From Candidatus Hydrogenedentota bacterium (GTDB lineage: Bacteria > Hydrogenedentota > Hydrogenedentia > Hydrogenedentales > JAEUWI01): a DNA stretch of 64,000 nucleotides. The translations under genes were made by a program, and so were the position numbers. The stretch is taken from contig JAXMOL010000034.1 of assembly GCA_034669905.1 (NCBI GenBank), positions 1-64,000 of the forward strand, read 5' to 3'. Positions within the stretch are counted from its first letter, which is position 1; the number at the start of each line of letters is the position of its first letter. The notes beneath the pieces are model-generated. The model was not told the DNA's origin, did not search any database, and worked only from the letters and a program-made list of their open reading frames with translations. Below, piece after piece: positions 58,837-64,000 of this stretch.

Positions 58837-59847
58837 ATGAAATCCTATTTCGACATGCTCGCCATGCGTGTGCGACTCGGCGAACCCCTGCCCGTGTTCT
58901 GGGATGTGCTCCTGCGCGCCCTGACGCCCCTGCCCCGATTCGGCATGGCCCGTCGCTTGCAGCAGACACCGGTCCGAGTGGATGCCCGGGTGGTGAGTTT
59001 TGGCAATATTAGCACCGGCGGAACGGGCAAGACGCCGGCCGTTATCGAGCGGGTTCAGGCTGAACTGGCACAAGGGAAGCGGGTTGCCGTTGTCACCCGG
59101 GGCTATGGCAGCGAGCGGGTAAAGGAACCTTTCGTAGTCCCCCCCACACTCGATCTGGCCACCGTGGCCCGACAGGTGGGGGACGAGCCCGCGCTTATCC
59201 GCTACCATGCGCCCGCGTGTATCCTGATCAAGGCGGCGAAGCGTGTGGACGGAGCCCGATTGGCCGTTTCCGAGTTGGGCTGTGACGTTATTGTGCTGGA
59301 CGACGCCTTCCAGCATGTGGCCCTGGCCCGTGATGAGAACCACTGCCTCATTGACGCGTCCAACCCGTTTGGAAGTGGCCATCTGGTGCCCCGAGGCATT
59401 TTACGGGAGCCGCTGGAAGCCCTGCATCGGGCCACCCACATTCACCTGACGCGCTGCGATCAGGCGCAGGACCTGGAAAAACTGCGTGCCCAGATTGGAG
59501 CCGTCGTCCCCCATCTGCCCATTCGGGAGAGCTACCACGCTCCCGGTCGCTTCTGGTACGTGCGCAGTGGTGACGTGGTAGAAGACGCCGTAGTCGAGGA
59601 TATTCGGTTGCGTGGTGTTACGGCCGTGTCGGCTATCGGAAATCCCGAGGCTTTCAGCCGTACCCTGGCGTGCTTGGGGATCCCGGTAAACCTGGCGTGG
59701 TGCTGTTCGGATCATGCGCAGATTGACCGTGAAGCGTTGGACCGTCCCGGCTATATAATGACCACGGAGAAAGATGCCATGCGTATCGTCTCTCCCCCGG
59801 AAAACCTGATTGCCTTGGAAATAGTTTTAAAGGATTGGAATGATTGA
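58837..59847 (+). CDS. lpxK: Tetraacyldisaccharide 4'-kinase
   Basis: GNISTGGTGKTP, RGYG, GDEP, LDDAFQH, PRGILRE, TTEKDA. Confidence 0.92.
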   Translation: MKSYFDMLAMRVRLGEPLPVFWDVLLRALTPLPRFGMARRLQQTPVRVDARVVSFGNISTGGTGKTPAVIERVQAELAQGKRVAVVTRGYGSERVKEPFVVPPTLDLATVARQVGDEPALIRYHAPACILIKAAKRVDGARLAVSELGCDVIVLDDAFQHVALARDENHCLIDASNPFGSGHLVPRGILREPLEALHRATHIHLTRCDQAQDLEKLRAQIGAVVPHLPIRESYHAPGRFWYVRSGDVVEDAVVEDIRLRGVTAVSAIGNPEAFSRTLACLGIPVNLAWCCSDHAQIDREALDRPGYIMTTEKDAMRIVSPPENLIALEIVLKDWND

Positions 59848-61214
59848 TGACACAGCGACGAATTGCGACTTTCCTGGCGCTCTTGTTGGTGATGATGGGT
59901 AGTGTGTTCTCGGTTGGCGCCGCGGAATTTCCGACCGTCTTTCGGGCGGGTTTTGCCCAGGTCGAGATAACGCCCACCGTCCCGGTACCCCTGTGGGGAT
60001 ACGGCAAAGCACATCGTCCGGAAAATATTTCGACGGGGATACATGATCCGCTCTTCGCGAAAGTATTGGTACTCGAGGCGGATGAGTCCCGTGTGGCCCT
60101 CGTGGGCCTGGATCTTGGGCGCCCCCCTTTCGAACCCACCGTGCGTAGGATACAGACCCGGGTTCGGCAACGGGCGAACATCGACCACGTGCTCCTCGTG
60201 GCGTCCCATACGCACCACGGACCCGCACTGGAATTGGTCCCGGTTGGGGAGGAATCAGACCCGGCACTGGACAATGCCTTTGCCTATTACAAAGAATTGG
60301 AAGGCAAGTTGGTCGACGTCATCGGGGCGGCTGCCGAAAACCTCGCGGAGGCGCAGATCGGTTGGGTGAGCGGAAAAACGCAGGTCAACCGGAACCGTCA
60401 CACCAAGGAAGCGCCCATTCCCCGGGACGACGAACTCTTTGTATTGCGGGTGGATGGGCTTTCAGGTGAGCCTATTGCCACGTTGGTGAATATGGCGGCC
60501 CACCCGACCAACCATCCCCATGGGAACAATCAATTCAGTGCCGACTTCCCGGGTGTCATGATGGCCGCCGTCGAAAAGGAAACGGGAGCGCCGTGTCTTT
60601 TCCTGCAGGGGGCGGCCGGGGACATGCAATGCGATGTGGATGACAGCCAATGGGGCAAGGTGGACCAGATGGTGGCGCCGGGCGAAGCTTTGGCTGCCGA
60701 AGTCCTGGCCCTTCATGCAAACCTGCGCACGGCGGTCCCCAAAATCCCGGATGTGCGGGGAATGGAGAATACCTTCTCTTTTCCCTTGCGCCTGGATTTG
60801 ACGGACCCGGCGACCTCGGAGGGGATGCGCGCGGGGTTTGGCGACGCGCTCTATGAAAGCTACCGGGGAAAGTATGGCGCGGGTGTTATGCATCCAAAGC
60901 TCACGACGGTGCTGCTCAATGGGGAGCTCGCTTTCGTGGGGGCCTCGGGGGAGTTTTTCAGCGACCTTTCCGTTCAGTTGAAGACCCGCACAACGGAGGC
61001 CAAAGCGGTCTTCCTGGGCTACTGCAACGGCCACGATATGTATTTCCCGACGGAGCGGGCTATCGCCCAGGGAGGTTACGGTGCAGAGCCGTCCAGTGCC
61101 TGGGTAACGCCTGGTGGACCGGAGCAGATGATGGCCCGTGCGGTATACAACATCGCCGAGCTGCATCGGACGTTCGCGCGTGACCGGTTGCCGACGGAGC
61201 AGCCAGCGCCCTGA
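59844..61214 (+). CDS. Secreted neutral/alkaline ceramidase N-terminal domain protein
   Basis: Signal peptide; ITP, HDPL, ASHTHHGP, AAHP, SADFPG, QGAAGD. Confidence 0.8.
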   Translation: MMTQRRIATFLALLLVMMGSVFSVGAAEFPTVFRAGFAQVEITPTVPVPLWGYGKAHRPENISTGIHDPLFAKVLVLEADESRVALVGLDLGRPPFEPTVRRIQTRVRQRANIDHVLLVASHTHHGPALELVPVGEESDPALDNAFAYYKELEGKLVDVIGAAAENLAEAQIGWVSGKTQVNRNRHTKEAPIPRDDELFVLRVDGLSGEPIATLVNMAAHPTNHPHGNNQFSADFPGVMMAAVEKETGAPCLFLQGAAGDMQCDVDDSQWGKVDQMVAPGEALAAEVLALHANLRTAVPKIPDVRGMENTFSFPLRLDLTDPATSEGMRAGFGDALYESYRGKYGAGVMHPKLTTVLLNGELAFVGASGEFFSDLSVQLKTRTTEAKAVFLGYCNGHDMYFPTERAIAQGGYGAEPSSAWVTPGGPEQMMARAVYNIAELHRTFARDRLPTEQPAP

Positions 61215-61256
61215 GTGGGGCGTGGCATCGTGGGTACTACCGTGATTCGGTGCGCC

Positions 61257-61934
61257 CTATCCCGCTGCTCCTACGCAAATCAGGGAGCGCAGGGTTTCCA
61301 TTCGTTTGTCCCCGATGCCTTGTATGTTTCTGAGGTCTTCCACCTGCGTAAACGGCTGTTGCTCCCGGTACCGGATGATCTTCTCGGCGGTCTTGGGTCC
61401 CACTCCCGGCAGGGCTTCCAGTTCGGCCGACGTGGCGTGGTTGAGATCCGTGCAGCCGCTGCGAGTGCCCCCGACAGCGGTACGCGATTGGGGACCAGCA
61501 CCTTCCTGAAACCAACCCGAGCGCGTATATTCGGCTGGATTCAGTTGGGCAGCCGTTGCACCGCTCGGGCTCGAATGGCTTATCTCTCCCGGAACAGTGA
61601 GTACACTTCCATCGCGCAGTGGCGCGGCAATATTGAGGTCGCGTATTTCTGCGGATGCGGTTACCCCACCGGCACGTTGCAAGGCTTCGTAGAGGCGGGT
61701 TCCCGGGGCGAAGGCATAGGCTCCCGGGCGTTGAACTGCCCCCTGGATTTCCACCTGAATCTTCGGGGTGACAGGCTGTGGACTGGTCGGTATCGGCTCG
61801 GCCATCAGGTCACGGCCCGCGAGGGCGGCATCCGCCGACACGTCACCAGATTCCGCTGTATCGCAGCCACCGTGCAGGAGCACAGCTCCCAGAAGAAGGC
61901 CGACTATCCATGGCATGTGCCCATGTCTGAACAT
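61257..61934 (-). CDS. comEA: ComEA-family DNA-binding protein (SLBB plus HhH)
   Basis: GAVQRPG SLBB; DLNHAT, LPGVGPKTA, IQGIG. Confidence 0.9.
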   Translation of the reverse strand: MFRHGHMPWIVGLLLGAVLLHGGCDTAESGDVSADAALAGRDLMAEPIPTSPQPVTPKIQVEIQGAVQRPGAYAFAPGTRLYEALQRAGGVTASAEIRDLNIAAPLRDGSVLTVPGEISHSSPSGATAAQLNPAEYTRSGWFQEGAGPQSRTAVGGTRSGCTDLNHATSAELEALPGVGPKTAEKIIRYREQQPFTQVEDLRNIQGIGDKRMETLRSLICVGAAG

Positions 61935-61968
61935 CTGTTAGAACTCCCCACGTTGCGCGTGCCGCGAA

Positions 61969-64000
61969 TCAGGAAGGCGGTGGTGTGCCGTCCAATACAC
62001 GGCGCAAGGTTTCTGCCAGCTGCGAAATAATGACGGGTTTTGCGACCACCTCGCGAATCCCCGCCTTGCGAATATCGGCACTACTCACATCCTGACTGAA
62101 GCCGGTAAAGAGAATCACGGGAACGTCGGGCCGTATTTTGCGGATGCGACGGGCCAGATTGAGGCCGCTCATGTCGGGAAGGAGGTGATCGGTCATAATG
62201 ATGTCGAAAGCGTTTGGATCGGCCTTAATGAGCGCCAGGGCATCGGCCGGGTGGCCTGCGGAATGCACCGTGTAGCCCAGTTGGGTCAGGGCCCGTTCGC
62301 AAAAACGGCGCACCGGTTGTTCGTCGTCGACTACGAGGATGCGCTCCGTGCCGCGCCGCAGCGAGGCACCGCGTTGCTTGTCGCGATGAGCTACCGCATC
62401 AATACGGGGAAGGTAGGTAGAAAAGACGGTGCCCTGCCCGAGTACACTGTCGACGAGCACAGCGCCGCCATGGTCGGCCACGATACCATAGACCATGGCG
62501 AGTCCCATCCCGGCCCCCTCCCCCGGGCCCTTTGTCGTAAAGAAGGGATCAAAGATGCGGCGGGCCACACTGGGGGTCATGCCGTGCCCCCGGTCAGATA
62601 CGGTGAGTTTTACATAGGCGCCGGGACGGAGCTTCGGATTGGTGGCGGCGAAACGGTGGGAAACATCCACATCCTCCAGACGCACCTCCAGCACGCCATC
62701 CCGCTCGGCCATTGCCTGCAGGCCGTTGGTACAGTAATTCATGATCACCTGGTGCATTTGGGTGGGGTTGGCCATGACCATGCCACTTTGGGGCTCGATA
62801 CTGTCTACAACCCGAATGCTGGATGGCACCGATGCCCGCAGCAGACTCAGGACCTCGCGGGCAATCACGTGGAGGAAGAGGGGCTCGTGTTCCTCGCCCG
62901 ACTGTCGGCTGAAGGCGAGAATTTGTTTTACCAGATCCTTGGCGCGGTGTGCCGCGCCCAGGGACTCGCGAAGATCTTCCAGGATCTCATCAATGTCGGG
63001 CGTATTATCCGAAAAGGCCTGAATGGACATGTCCGTTAAGCCGATGATGGCGGCAAGGATATTGTTGAAGTCGTGGGCAATCCCGCCTGCGAGTACGCCG
63101 AGACTTTCAAGACGCTTGGAATGTTGCAGGGCTTGTTCGGCCTGTTGTTCTTCTTCGTCGCTCTGTACCTGCTCCGTCACGTCGCGTACGGTGCCCAGCA
63201 GTCGCGCGGGGCGGCCCGACTCGTCGGGCAGCACGATGCCCTCATCTGCGATGTGCCGATACTTTCCCGATGCGTGGTGGATGCGATAGCGTCGTTGGTA
63301 GGAGGTCAGGTTTTCCATGGTACGGGCCAGACCAGACAGGACCGCCGGACGATCATCGGGGTGGATGGCATGAAGCAGAGCCCGGCGACTGAGCCCTTCG
63401 ATCTGTCGTTGGGACAGGCCCGTCAACCCGAGCATATCGCCCCAAACGTGGATTTCCCCGGTTTCCGGTGTAAGGATATAGTCGATCTGTCCACGGGCGT
63501 TGTCCCGATCATGGGCGACGTTTCCGGTGGCGTGTGCATTGGAAGGGGGGGCACCTTCGCGGACGCGAACGAGGAGTATGACGTAGGCCTGGTCACTGAA
63601 ATTGTAGAGACGGGCAGATAAGGCCGCGGGAATCTGTTGACCATCGCGGGACATCAATATGGACTCGAAGAAGAGGTGGCGGTAGATCTGCAGGGCCTGT
63701 AAGCGGGACTCCACATAATTGACCCGATGGGACTCGAATATGTCCTTGGGCTGGAGTTCCATAAACTCGCTTCGGGGGTAGGCAAGCAATTGGCAAAGCT
63801 GGTTGTTGACTTCGGTGATGGTGAAGGGCGCGTTGCCTTTTTCCACTTCAAAGACAAGGATGCCATCGGAGCACGCGTTAAAGACCTGGCGAAAGCGCTC
63901 GTCACTTTCATAGAGCCGCTTGCTACGCTGGGTGACCAGCTTCGTCAACTGGTGATTGGCCAGCTGAAGGCGGGCCGTGTCTGCAGAGGCAGCACGACAT
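61969..64000 (-). CDS. PAS-domain hybrid histidine kinase/response regulator (5' end outside window)
   Basis: PAS domains, AHDFNN H-box, DRGHG, PFFTTK, C-terminal REC; frame open to the window edge. Confidence 0.92.
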   Translation of the reverse strand, partial: CRAASADTARLQLANHQLTKLVTQRSKRLYESDERFRQVFNACSDGILVFEVEKGNAPFTITEVNNQLCQLLAYPRSEFMELQPKDIFESHRVNYVESRLQALQIYRHLFFESILMSRDGQQIPAALSARLYNFSDQAYVILLVRVREGAPPSNAHATGNVAHDRDNARGQIDYILTPETGEIHVWGDMLGLTGLSQRQIEGLSRRALLHAIHPDDRPAVLSGLARTMENLTSYQRRYRIHHASGKYRHIADEGIVLPDESGRPARLLGTVRDVTEQVQSDEEEQQAEQALQHSKRLESLGVLAGGIAHDFNNILAAIIGLTDMSIQAFSDNTPDIDEILEDLRESLGAAHRAKDLVKQILAFSRQSGEEHEPLFLHVIAREVLSLLRASVPSSIRVVDSIEPQSGMVMANPTQMHQVIMNYCTNGLQAMAERDGVLEVRLEDVDVSHRFAATNPKLRPGAYVKLTVSDRGHGMTPSVARRIFDPFFTTKGPGEGAGMGLAMVYGIVADHGGAVLVDSVLGQGTVFSTYLPRIDAVAHRDKQRGASLRRGTERILVVDDEQPVRRFCERALTQLGYTVHSAGHPADALALIKADPNAFDIIMTDHLLPDMSGLNLARRIRKIRPDVPVILFTGFSQDVSSADIRKAGIREVVAKPVIISQLAETLRRVLDGTPPPS

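Overview
A GC-rich bacterial chromosomal window with about 55 CDSs. The lineage is probably Candidatus Hydrogenedentes or a relative; this is inferred from the tandem prepilin-type DUF1559 paralogs and a dockerin-like 'LSELLRIIQFYN' C-terminal domain. Most of the window is housekeeping: purF, purC, purD, a half-length purH, accA, ispD/ispF, tlyA, recN, lipA/lipB, hom, thrC, hflX, dprA, lpxK and comEA. Notable non-housekeeping content: (1) a Y1/HUH transposase flanked by a cluster of palindromic REP-like repeats; (2) a membrane pseudokinase next to a methyltransferase/3'-5' exonuclease fusion, a sigma28-type-promoter zinc mini-protein and a MazG; (3) an unannotated 45-aa LIM-like zinc-finger gene with its own promoter, RBS and terminator; (4) a five-gene CP-ATP-grasp/alpha-E/transglutaminase/amidoligase cluster with two back-to-back sigma54 promoter motifs; (5) two DUF1559 paralogs sharing a leader hairpin with a conserved loop but a fully changed stem; (6) a candidate small RNA with two UUCCCCC-loop hairpins; (7) several apparent pseudo-enzymes and a probable CTG start for hflX. 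No tRNA, rRNA or CRISPR array was seen. All family calls are by motif recognition only; no database searches were run.
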